A stretch of DNA of 57,335 bases, from assembly GCF_001194135.2 (NCBI RefSeq), contig NC_068981.1, forward strand, positions 25,097,472 to 25,154,806, written 5' to 3'. The translations under genes were made by a program, and so were the position numbers. Shown here one piece after another: positions 46,693 through 57,335 of this stretch; within the stretch, counting starts at the first letter, position 1, and each line of letters begins with the position of its first letter. Below the pieces are notes generated by a model that was not told the DNA's origin, made no database searches, and saw only the letters and a list, made by a program, of their open reading frames with translations. This stretch comes from Octopus bimaculoides (taxonomy: Eukaryota).

Positions 46693-47110
46693 GTCTTTGC
46701 ACAGCTTCTAACACTGGAGAAATACTACGGTGTCAGCTGTTCACTACCAGTGAACTAAGGTATCACCCATTATTTTTCGAGCACTTTCCGGAGTATTCGA
46801 GCGGTTCCAAGCAGTGCTGTTTTCTGCAAGTGCTCCACACTTATTGCAGCCCATATTTGTTCCATGCACCTCTCATAATTTTTACTCCCTGTTCTTAGGG
46901 CTGCGAAAATTATTGGTACTACTACCACCTTTTTCATCGACTACAACTGTTTAACCTCCCAAGCTGACCTGTCATGTCTATCGAATTTTCTTTCTTCCTT
47001 ATCGCATACCTTGCTGTCAGCTGGGCATGCTCTATCTATGATCCAGCATAGTTTGCTTTCTTTCTTAATTAAGACTATGTTTGGCTTCTTATTCTCTATC
47101 TCATGGTCAT
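46690..47110 (-). mobile_element. 5'-truncated R4-like 3' end (REL domain + 3'UTR)
   Basis: DHEIENKKPNIVLIKK...WIIDRACP...VVVVPIIFAALRT...LQKTALLGTARILRKVLE, followed by a short UTR and (AAT)n. Confidence 0.8.
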
Positions 47111-47200
47111 TATTATTATTATTATTATCATCATCATCATCGTCATCATCATCATCGTCGTCGTCGTCGTTGTTACTACTACTACTACTACTACTACTAC

Positions 47201-47239
<39 letters not shown>

Positions 47240-47244
47240 CATCA

Positions 47245-47790
47245 CAGTTTTTGTTGGAACGTCTGGAGTCTTGCATGTATGGCGGACTTTCTATCTGCAG
47301 CCGACGATATCATGCTATCCGTTTTTTGTTTCCAGCTATTTAATACTTTCCTGATTATCCTAGCCGTGCCATAGAGGCAAAACTTTTGTAACAGTTCTAC
47401 AGGGCCCTCGATTCCAATTTCCTTGATGTTCCTCTTGATTTTTTTTGATACTGCCCTCAAGGACCAAACAATAATTGGCACTATCTTCACTTTGTTCATT
47501 TTCTATAGCCGTGTTGTATTTATCTATTTTTTTTTGTTGCCTTCCTTCTTGACTATTCGTTGGTCAAATGGGAACGTAACATCAACTATATAGCACATGT
47601 CGTGCATCTTGTCGACCACCACTAGGTCTGGTCTGTTATTCTCTAGCACCTGATCTGTTTGGATTGGGAAATCCCGGATGATTTTCCTAGTCTCTGACTC
47701 CGCCACTCTCTGCAGTTTTTCTCTTATACCACGTCTTCCTTTTATCTAGCCCCCACTTTTCACTCAGATTCCAGATTATTATTATTATTA
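47245..47790 (-). mobile_element. Second 5'-truncated R4-like 3' end (REL domain)
   Basis: DFPIQTDQVLENNRPDLVVVDK...YIVDVTFPFD and IVPIIVWSLRAV...LLQKFCLYGTARIIRKVL. Confidence 0.85.
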
Positions 47791-47801
47791 TTAATATTAT
47801 T

Positions 47802-47846
<45 letters not shown>

Positions 47847-47999
47847 GCTGCTGCTGCTTCTGTCGCTGTTGCTTTTGTTCTTCGTCTATTGACACGTGTT
47901 GCACATCGTTCCTGTAAGTTTGTTTGATATGTTTACACATTGTGATACATTGCCGATTTGTTAACGTTAAATAGATATAGATTAATTAATAAGGACCTT

Positions 48000-48188
48000 A
48001 GAGTGTTTAGTTCTTCTGCAACTGTAGCCCTTAGCGGCTAATTTGGGGTTTATTTAAGCTGATATAGCCATCAATTTTTTTGCTAAAAAAACAAAGAGAT
48101 GGCGAACGAGAATTGTTTGTCCGCTGAAAGGAACAGCTAGTCATCCGCAAAACAGAACAGCCAAGTCGTAAAGACAACAACAGCTGTA

Positions 48189-48219
<31 letters not shown>

Positions 48220-50740
48220 GAATAATAGCGCACGTGAAATATATAAAAGTAACTTTCCAATGCTTTCAGCACCACCTTCGCCATTGCAGGAACAAAACTG
48301 TCAATGACAACAAAAAGCAACAATACCAGCGAGAAGACTGCCATCTCCACCACCAGCAACAGCCAACAATTTCCAAGCCTCGAACAACGATATCCCGACA
48401 CTGTATGGACTTCGCAAGGACCACAAAGTAACCACTGATCCTGTGGCGGGACCACCAACAAGACCAGTCTGTGGAGCGAATATCGCTAGCAACGACAGGA
48501 TTTCCTACTTCCTCTCGATCATAAGCCCCATAATCCGGATGTCAATTGATGTTTGTGACAGCACGGAAGATCTCCTCAGCAGGATCAACGACTGTAACAA
48601 CACCTGCGACCTGACAGGATGTATAGTGGGTAGCATGGATGTGGTATCCCTACACCCATCTATCGACGTGGAGAAGTGCGTGGAGATGATCAACGAGAGC
48701 GAAGTGGAGTTCCGCAATGACGACACATAGAAACTGGGCTTCCTACTTAGACTGACATATGGCAATGAATATCTAGATAAACACGACCTTAGAAGTTTCT
48801 GCCCTAGTAGACGTTTAAGAGGTAGATCACCCACAATTACTTCTATGGCTAGGAAGACCCCTATAGAGAGATGGAGCGGATGAACCAGAGCCATACGGCC
48901 CTCCCGTAAGTGTTTATCAGGTAAAGAAAATGATCGCACATGCACTAGGAGCTAGTATAAGAGTTACCCAAAAGGCCACACGTTTATGTTTAACAACAAA
49001 ATATACGCCCAGGACGAGGGGGCAGCCATCGTCGTTAGTATCGCCGGTGATGTGGCCAACCTTTTCATGGTATGATGGGACAGAAGGCTTAAGGAACGCC
49101 TCACACAGAACATGTACTCTCGCTATGTCGATGATATCAACGTAGTGGTAAATGCACCCCCACAAGAGAGTACTCTTGAAATAGAAATAGAAACTAATAC
49201 TATGGAGAGCATCCAGCAAATAACCAACTCCATCCACCAGAGTTTTAAGGTCACGATAGACTACCCTACAAAACACCCTAGCCATAGACTACCAGTTCTA
49301 GTTACAGAACTCTGGCTGGAAACTGAGAATAATAAAACCCGAATCCTTCATTCACACTATGCCAAACCCATGGCCTCCAAATACTTGATCCACCGGAACT
49401 CAGCTATCGCGGACAATCCCAAATTCAATATATTGATGGCAGACCTCGTCAGTGTGTCCCGCATGTGCGACTCTACAGAGTTAAAGATACACATACAACA
49501 TTTTGTTCACCGCATGCAGTTCTCAGGTTACAGCCATAAAGAAAGGATCAGAGTATACAAAGGAGCCATGAGGAAATTTGAAGCTATCATACGTAACGAT
49601 AGGAATGGGAGCAAGTTATGGAACACCATCTATAGGAGCAAGTTATGGAACACCATTGAAAGGACTAAGAAGAAAATAGGGAAGACCAACTCATGGTATG
49701 ATAGCCACAAATACCAGAGTGTCGTGTTCGTCGACACCACCCCTAGAGGCGAACAGGCGTACCACTGTAGAAGGGCCCTAGACAAACTTAAGCTATGAAT
49801 TAAGGTTGTTGAAAGGCCAGGCAATCCTATCAAATCCCTAATCGGTAGAACCTACCCTCTTAGTAGACCCCCTGTACTGATAGGAACTGTATTGCATGTA
49901 GATTTATCCCACAAACAAACTGTAAAGCCAGAAATGTAGTCTATAGTATAAGAGGGACGGTGCAGTAACAAGACAACGACGTACGTAGTGGAAACAGCAC
50001 GGATCATAGGAGAGCGGGTAAATGTGCATTGGAGGGAACTTAAGGAAGAGAAGAGCTCATCGGTTCTGTAACAGCACACCGAGCAGGAACACGGGGGCTC
50101 ACTCAACAACATAGAAGTTAAAATCTTATCCACATATAGAACAGACGCAACGCTTAGACAAATTACAGAAGCTACACACATAATGGACGATAAACCTAGC
50201 CTGAATAAGAAACTGGAATGGAACACTAGCGCACACCCCCAACATACCACAAAATATGACAGAATAAGATCCCCATAAACTGATAACAAAATGAACAGAA
50301 TAGAATACAATATACAAATAAACAAATGGAATTAAATAGCTATATACGTTAACAAAATTATATTAAATTAAATACAATAACGAAAGAAAATAAAAAAATA
50401 ATGAGTAGGTATAACCACATGAACAAAATAAATGAAAGCAAATGAACTAACGTGTATAAGTAGGAGATACAGATAATGCAGGTACTCACCACACACACGC
50501 ACTTACTAAGCATAGACACACATGGGGGTATACGCATGCTCAAATAAAGACGCATACAATAGGCATACAAAATACAAAATGGCTGATCGTTAGTAAGTAA
50601 GACACACAAATAAGAAAGAAAGAAGCAAAGGACCACTGATGAGGTCACAGAAGTGTGACGAAAGAACTCTGGTCGAAATGCACGATTAATGTAAAAAAAT
50701 AAAATAAAGGTGAAGCAAATTAGCACCAAATATATAGTGC
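48000..50740 (+). mobile_element. Near full-length Penelope-like retroelement (RT + GIY-YIG), inactivated
   Basis: PTLYGLRKDHK, PPTRPVCGA, GSMDVVSLHPSI, SRYVDDINV, HYAKPMAS, SGYSH, NVVYSI...TYVVETAR...VHW and LRQITEA...PSLN; several stops and frameshifts. Confidence 0.92.
50631..50674 (+). ncRNA. Minimal type-I hammerhead ribozyme motif at the Penelope 3' end
   Basis: gacca-CTGATGA-G-GTCACA-gaag-TGTGAC-GAAA-GAAC-TC-tggtc; perfect 5-bp stem I and 6-bp stem II; predicted cleavage after C50669. Confidence 0.75.
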
Positions 50741-50784
50741 GTGTGTTTTTATTGGCTAAACTTGCAACATGACCATCCCCAAAT

Positions 50785-50830
<46 letters not shown>

Positions 50831-51199
50831 TTCCTTTCCTGAGCGTCCAATAACACTATCCGTATCACGTCCTCACTTTGTTGTATTTTGTTATTGTTTT
50901 TTAAACTTATATATATATANNNNNNNNNNNNNNNNNNNNNNNNNNNNNNNNNNNNNNNNNNNNNNNNNNNNNNNNNNNNNNNNNNNNNNNNNNNNNNNNN
51001 NNNNNNNNNNNNNNNNNNNNNNNNNNNNNNNNNNNNNNNNNNNNNNNNNNNNNNNNNNNNNNNNNNNNNNNNNNNNNNNNNNNNNNNNNNNNNNNNNNNN
51101 NNNNNNNNNNNNNNNNNNNNNNNNNNNNNNNNNNNNNNNNNNNNNNNNNNNNNNNNNNNNNNNNNNNNNNNNNNNNNNNNNNNNNNNNNNNNNNNNNNN

Positions 51200-51269
<70 letters not shown>

Positions 51270-51418
51270 TTATATATATATATATATATGTATTTATGCA
51301 TGTATGTATGCGTATGTGTGTATATAATATACATACATACGTATGAGTACGTGTACATACTCCTATTAATAACACGCCAACACACTTCTGGTTTTGAGTA
51401 GAGTATTCATATGATAGT

Positions 51419-51680
51419 GGAGGCGCGTGGCCTAGTGGTTAGGGTATCAGCACCATGATCGTAAGATTGTGGTTTCGATTCGTGGACCGAGTGACGCGTT
51501 GTGTTCTTGAGCAATACACTTCGCTTCACATTGCTCCAGTCCACTCAGCTGGTAAAAATGGGTAACGCTGCGATGGACTGTCGTCCCGTCCAGCTGGGGC
51601 ACACATACGCCATTGAAACCGGGAAACCGGGCCCATGAGCCTGGCTAGGCATTAAAAGGGCGCATTTATTTATTTATTTA
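51419..51680 (+). mobile_element. tRNA-headed CORE-like SINE with (ATTT)n tail
   Basis: TGGCCTAGTGG A-box, GGTTTCGATTCG B-box, and CORE-like ttgtgttcttgagcaa...ccactcagctggtaaaaatgggt. Confidence 0.85.
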
Positions 51681-52688
51681 TTTATTATTCATATGATAAT
51701 CAAGTTCTGTGTGGTGCATTACTTTCCATTGCAATTGTTCGTTGTTGTGCTTCAGTTGTAAAATATCACAACCATATAATTATGAAATATATTATACTGA
51801 TAAAAATGGTCGGTGACATTTCAAAAGTTTTATTTTCAACTTTAAAAAAATCGAATCCGGGAATGAGATCAGCATTAAAAAGTATGCCTTCTGGTCCAAT
51901 CCAAGTCATTTCCGATGGAGAAGGGAATGATATATTACAAATGAGACCTGAACATTTTCATTTCTATAAAGTGGTATAGTTTCTTCAATTAATAATCTAC
52001 TAAGGATTTAATGACAATATCAGATACCGGTAGCAAAAGAGATAAAAGCAGGAGACACAAAGTAAATCCTATCTATTTATTTCTTCTTGCCAATTGTAAA
52101 CTGCTGTAAAGAATTACTTATACTTTCCTATCGATCACTTGCAAGGCTGTTTCCAGTTATTTTCTAATTAAACACCCACTTCACTGTTCTCTCATTAATT
52201 GCCCCCTCCCCATTTTCTCTCGTTAAACGTTTCCTGGTGTTTAATGTTGAGTGTCCTACAGTGTTCTCGCTTTAAGTATCTTCCAGGATTGACTTGCTAA
52301 AAACCTCCTACTAGGTGTTTTCTCTTTAATCGTGCTTTTCTATATCGCACTCAAAGTGTCTGTTATTGTCATTCATATTATCTACAATTTGAGAAATATG
52401 CATTTCTTTCCTTATAAGAAGCATTAAGTACATAATGGAAAAAAAACACACAATAAGACTGTTTAAAAACATACATGATAAGCCTGCTTAAAAAGTAAAT
52501 TCATTTTTCAAGGTGAACAAATATCCAAATTTAAAAAGGATATTTAAGGTTTAAGAATGTCAACATATCTTAGAATTTCACATATCTATACCAATTCTTG
52601 TTGGCTATTACCAGGATTTTTCTAACGAATATAGCTATGTATGACTTTGTTTGTTGCCAGTTACACATGAAACAATTGAGACATTCGT

Positions 52689-52908
52689 TAGGTGATGATG
52701 CTGAAAAGTTCCTGGCTTTAAAGGTATTGCGAAAGGCCTGGTTGGAGGCACGACCTTCCAAGTTATTTTACAGTACGAAGAAAAACTGAAAGATCGCTGC
52801 AATAAGCGTGTGAATCTGAGAGGGGGATATGTTGAATAAAATCATAATTAACTGAACCTCCAATATTTTCTTTTACCCAAAGCGAGGATCATTTCAGCAC
52901 CCTTCGTA
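52689..52908 (+). mobile_element. Mariner-derived MITE
   Basis: Imperfect TIRs gtgatgatgctgaaaagttcctggcttt / aaagcgaggatcatttcagcacccttcgta; internal remnant KLKDRCNKRVNLRGGYVE resembles the mariner transposase C-terminus. Confidence 0.7.
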
Positions 52909-53040
52909 CTTGTCATAATGTCTTCATTTCGACTTGTTGTTGTAATTCCTAGACTTTTTAGCAAACTTCTGCAATATTTTATAGCCATTCGCTAGTGCTG
53001 TGCACATAAAACATTATCATTTTTAGCCATGACATAGAAA

Positions 53041-53258
53041 ATAATCCTTTCTACTGAAGGCACAAGGCCTTGAAAATTTAGGGGAGGAGACTAGTCGATT
53101 ACATCGACCCCAGTGTTTCACTGGTACTTAATTTGTCGACCCGAAAGAGTGAAAGGCAAAGTCGACTCCAGCAGAATTTGATCTCAGAACGTGAAGACGA
53201 GTGAAATACCGTTAAGCCCTCCGCCCGGCCTGCTAACGATTCTGCCGACTCGTCGCCT
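53041..53258 (-). mobile_element. tRNA-derived SINE family 1
   Basis: Reverse complement of 40045-40256. Confidence 0.85.
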
Positions 53259-56230
53259 TCAATACATAGAAAATAATGCCGGGCTTATTATTTCATCTCT
53301 CCTTGTCCGTCATTATTCTAAATTTTTGATAACTTTTAATATTGTCATGTTCTAACACAATCAAATTATCGCCAAGAAGCTTTTTCATAAAGCAATTGAA
53401 ATTGGGTGACTGTATATACAGAACTGGACGGTCACGTTATTCTTTATCCTTCTCGAATTTCCTATGAGGCATCCTGATAGAGTGTGGTGTATTGTGTCAG
53501 AGGGTGCGCCACATAGATGACATGATAACGTATATCAGCTATATTGTACGAATTATGATGACTTGCTTTTTTTATCGCTTCGGTTCTGTTGCCCTATTCA
53601 TCTGGATTAGTTTATATAAAGAATAGTTTTTATTTATATGTTCTTTGCATTAATTACGGGAATCATGGTGTATGTAAAGGCGTTCCTTTACTCTTACTTC
53701 AGTTCAGACTTGAGATCTTCGAAGTCGAAGACAATTTAATGTGATAAGTTTGTTGTTACGGATATAATCGATTTGCTACATTATTTACAATCATATCCAA
53801 CACGAAAAAATTCGCTAGAAAGAGATAGTAGGTACCATATTTTCTGATATTACTCTCTAAAGTTAAACAGTTTCCTTCATCTCATTTTCTAGGATAATGT
53901 AATCGTTGGCTGTCAGATTATTGTATAGTATATGAGCTTTTTCGCAGATTTAGTAGACATAAGCTCTATAGATTATACTCTATAGAGTTTCTGTCTATCA
54001 TGACCCATTGCAAAATAACATAATTATACGTTATAGGTATCGCTACAAAACAGTGGAAGACACCTATTGTAGTGAGACAAATAAAACGAATTAAAAATGT
54101 TTTATTTTTAACTTTGCCAAAGAATTCACTGTTCGTTCCCGTTCGGATAGCTTTTTCTCACGCAATTTTATTCCCATCTACACTTAAAAGCTTTTACGAC
54201 ACGGAATTGTCCAGTGTTTATATTATCTTCCTTCCCTTGGTCTGAGAATTGGCAGAATCGTCACAACGTCGGGAAAAGGCCTTGCGGTATTTCTTTCGGA
54301 TCTGAGTTCAGTTCTTGTCGAAGGTAAATTCACCTTACCCTCTTTCGGAGTCGATAAAATAAAGTAGTAGTCAAGTCCTAAAGTCGATGATGTCGACAAT
54401 CCCTTACCACTCGAGAACGCTAGCCTCGTTTCTAAATCAGAAAGCTTTATATTCTCTTCCTGGACTTCCCAATCATGTACAAGACAGGTCAGTAAAACGT
54501 TTGATATGTTATCTTGTATTTCTTCACTCCAAATGGCAGCTTGATGTCACTGATAAATTGTTTGTTAATGCTAAAAAGAAACCAAGCTGATAGACCATTA
54601 GGTTTTCAAGGTGAATAAAATGTCCTAGGTTAACAAAGATATTTAACCCATTACCTACCAGTGATCCCATATGAGACCACTTTCAAATTGCAAATTTCGT
54701 AATTATCTGTCAATATTTACACATATCTAACCTTTGTACTATATCTACTAGGTATATTTCTCTGATATTCAAATGAGGCTTGCTAATTTTTCACCCAATA
54801 TCTCGCTTATTTCTATCTAAAATGTTATTTTGAAGTGTTATTTTGAAATGTTATTTTGATCATTCCAGCGTGTTTCTAAGGCTGTTTTATGCTAGAAATC
54901 AAAGTTTCACAAAAAATTCCAGTTAATAGAATTATGGGAGGTAATGCGTTAAGGTTCAAGAAAATATTCAAGATTAATAAAACTCATGTGTTATAAAAAA
55001 AAATTCTTAATGTCACGTGGGAAGGGTGTTCTACGCATATGGCAATAGATGCCAGTTATGAGCTTTCTGCCTTGAAAACTTTAAAGAACAAAACTACAAG
55101 CAAAAGTTTGGAGACTGAAGGTCTGAAGGACGACTTTGACATAAATATAAAATCACAGAGGTGAAAAATGTACAACAAAATACGAGAGAAAGGTAGCTGC
55201 AGTGCAAAAAGTATAAGAACGGTTACTGTTTGCTCTGGAATGATATCCTTTTCATTCGAAAAAGTTCTGTGTACAGAAATGAGGCTAAGGGGATAAATTA
55301 TACAGAGAAAAAGCTACAGGACCAATCTCTAGTCGGAATTGAGAAGCTCTCGGAAGAAGTGAGTCCTTCATTAGTATATACAGCCAGAGAAAACGAACAG
55401 GACGCTGGCTGCCATCTGCTCGAAGTGTTGCCACAACAACATACAATACATACAAAAAAGTTTAAGATATTGTATAAAGAAACGTCATGTGAACATAGTC
55501 AGATCACCAGTGTCCGACTTTACAGCGACTATGGCAATGGAAATGCTAAATGGGTACAGATAAATAACTAATATGAAGAAGAATGTCAATGAAGTTCTAT
55601 GTTCTGGCCGGAAGACGTTTATGGCATTGTTACACTTCTTTTATCTTGGAGAATGCAAGCAGAGGCGAGTAGTGGAGTAGAGTAGAAAAGGCAAAAGTTA
55701 AATTCATGGAAAAATAAACACAGTAAAAAGGAAAGTGTGGAGCGTCACACAGCACCGATGCTGCCAACACCAAATCAGCTGCAATTTCAGAGAAGGCGGC
55801 AGATGCAATCATGATAATAATAACAATGAAGAAACACTCTACGCAAACATATGAAGAAGGATTCAGGAACAACTCCACACCTCACATTCACCACCACCAC
55901 CACCACCTACAATATAAGCAAATGTCTCAGAACAAAATGAAACCCCAAGCGATCTAAGTTTTTAGATATGGAAGAGACCACGGACAATAGAAAAGTGTCT
56001 AAATGGCCTATAGTTGAACGTCCATTAAAAAGGAAGAAATGTCAGTTCGTAAATCTAGTGATCTAATCTACCTTCTCCTTCCTCTTCAAGCACAAAGGTA
56101 GCACCAAGTGAAACACTACGAAAACAAAACAAAAAAAAATGTGCAACTAAACTCACAAAGCAGCTTCAGAACAACGAAAACAACAGCGAAGACGACGACT
56201 GTAACAATAGCAAAACCGACATCACAATCT

Positions 56231-56557
56231 TCCACTATAGCCTCGAGTCGACCAAAGCCTTGAGTGGATTTGGTAGACGGAAACTGAAAGAAGCCCGTCG
56301 TATATATGTATATATATATATGTGTGTGTGTGTATGTGTGTTTGTGTATCTGTGTTTGTTCCCCCAACAATGCTTGACAACCGATGCTGGTGTGTTTACG
56401 TCCCCGTAACTTAGCGGTTCTGCAAAAGGGACCGATAGAATTAGTACTAGGTTTACAAAGAATAAACCTTGGGGTCGATTTTCTCGACTAAAGGCGGTGC
56501 TCCAGCAGGGCCACAGTCAAATGACTGAAACAAATAAAAGAGTAAAAGAATAAAAGA
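56231..56557 (+). mobile_element. tRNA/CORE-type SINE, 5'-truncated, young-looking copy
   Basis: High similarity to the reverse complement of 17069-17411. Confidence 0.85.
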
Positions 56558-57009
56558 GATATACATGGACATACTTATACAGACACACGTATATATGAGT
56601 ATGTTGGATGTATGTGTGCGCGCGCGCACGTATCTATGTATCTACGGTTTTCTCCGCCACGATTTGACAACCGATGTTGGTTTGTTTACGTCAACGTAGT
56701 TTAACAGTCAAGTGAAAGAGATTTATAGAATAAATATCAGACTTAAAAATAAATGCCGGGAGCAATTTCTTCCACTAAAACCCTTCAAAGGCGGGGAGAG
56801 CCAGCATGATTAAAACAAATAAACAAAGAACAAAGATAAAATAAAACATTTTGTAAATTATTATTTTGGATCCTCCCACTCTATATAAGTCAAAACAGTG
56901 CCATGCCTTAGTTATTGCATCCATCTGTTACTAAATTCATTTAATTCATTCTCTTTACGTTGTTTAATGTCACGTTGGATTTGCTTTACATCTACTGGTG
57001 TCCAACAGT

Positions 57010-57045
57010 TATATAAGTAAATCAAGGACGGCCGATAACATTACA
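57010..57045 (+). promoter_or_regulatory. Core promoter of paralog C: TATATAAG (57010-57017) and Inr-like CATT with A at 57040
   Basis: TATATAAGTAAA matches paralog A (TATATAAGTAAACC); TATA-Inr spacing 30 nt; TATA-to-ATG 138 nt versus 134 nt in module b. Confidence 0.7.
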
Positions 57046-57147
57046 GAAGTGTACCACACTGAGAAACAAACACGTCTTAACAGTAAAATATCTTACTGAT
57101 TTTCTCCTCTTTTCAATTTCCAAATTTCCACGTGAACAATCAGTATA

Positions 57148-57162
57148 ATGAAGATAACTGCT
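57148..57162 (+). CDS. IL17: IL-17-like paralog C, coding part of exon 1 (MKITA); exon 2 expected beyond the right edge
   Basis: tgaacaatcagtata-ATG AAG ATA ACT GCT|GTAAGT. The 15 nt before the ATG are identical to module b (tgaacaatcagtataATG). Confidence 0.8.
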
Positions 57163-57267
57163 GTAAGTAAAATTAAGCTAATAACATTATCTGAGATATT
57201 TCTAAATGTTATTTGATTTCATTCTAATATATATTATATACAATATATGTATATAAACACACACAAT

Positions 57268-57299
<32 letters not shown>

Positions 57300-57335
57300 C
57301 ATACATACATACATACATACATACATACATAAGAT

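Noticed and set aside
55230-55571. 113-aa ORF in a moderately GC-richer segment
   Set aside because: No recognisable motif, non-ATG start and no splice evidence; probably a decayed TE, left uncalled.

Overview
AT-rich, microsatellite- and SINE-laden eukaryotic DNA with ten N-gaps. The repeat families plus IL-17-like genes point to an octopus (coleoid cephalopod) draft scaffold; this is an inference. The window is part of an IL-17-like gene cluster. (1) One complete two-exon IL-17-like gene lies on the minus strand: coding micro-exon MITK at 31936-31947, exon 2 at 30171-30692, 177 aa. It has a TATA/kappaB/CRE promoter and a tandem-amplified AU-rich-element array in its putative 3'UTR. (2) The 5' end of exon 2 of a second paralog is at 1-63 (minus). 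(3) The first coding micro-exon and promoter of a third, divergently oriented paralog is at 57148-57162 (plus). The ORF track misses (2), (3) and all micro-exons. The most striking structure is between 3.4 and 23 kb: four tandem copies of an IL-17 promoter + first micro-exon + splice-donor module (ATGs at 3488, 5235, 11383, 21071). They have no recognisable exon 2 of their own and all point at the single exon 2 at 1-63. The nearest copy has lost its donor and TATA, the next two are intact, and the farthest is partly decayed. The rest is transposon debris: a full-length dead mariner, a Helitron helicase fragment, R4/Dong-like non-LTR fragments, two Penelope-like elements, tRNA-derived SINEs, several foldback palindromes, and at least five minimal hammerhead-ribozyme-like motifs. 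All alignments were done by eye. Exon, splice and motif coordinates were counted base by base; repeat boundaries are approximate (about +/-20 bp).
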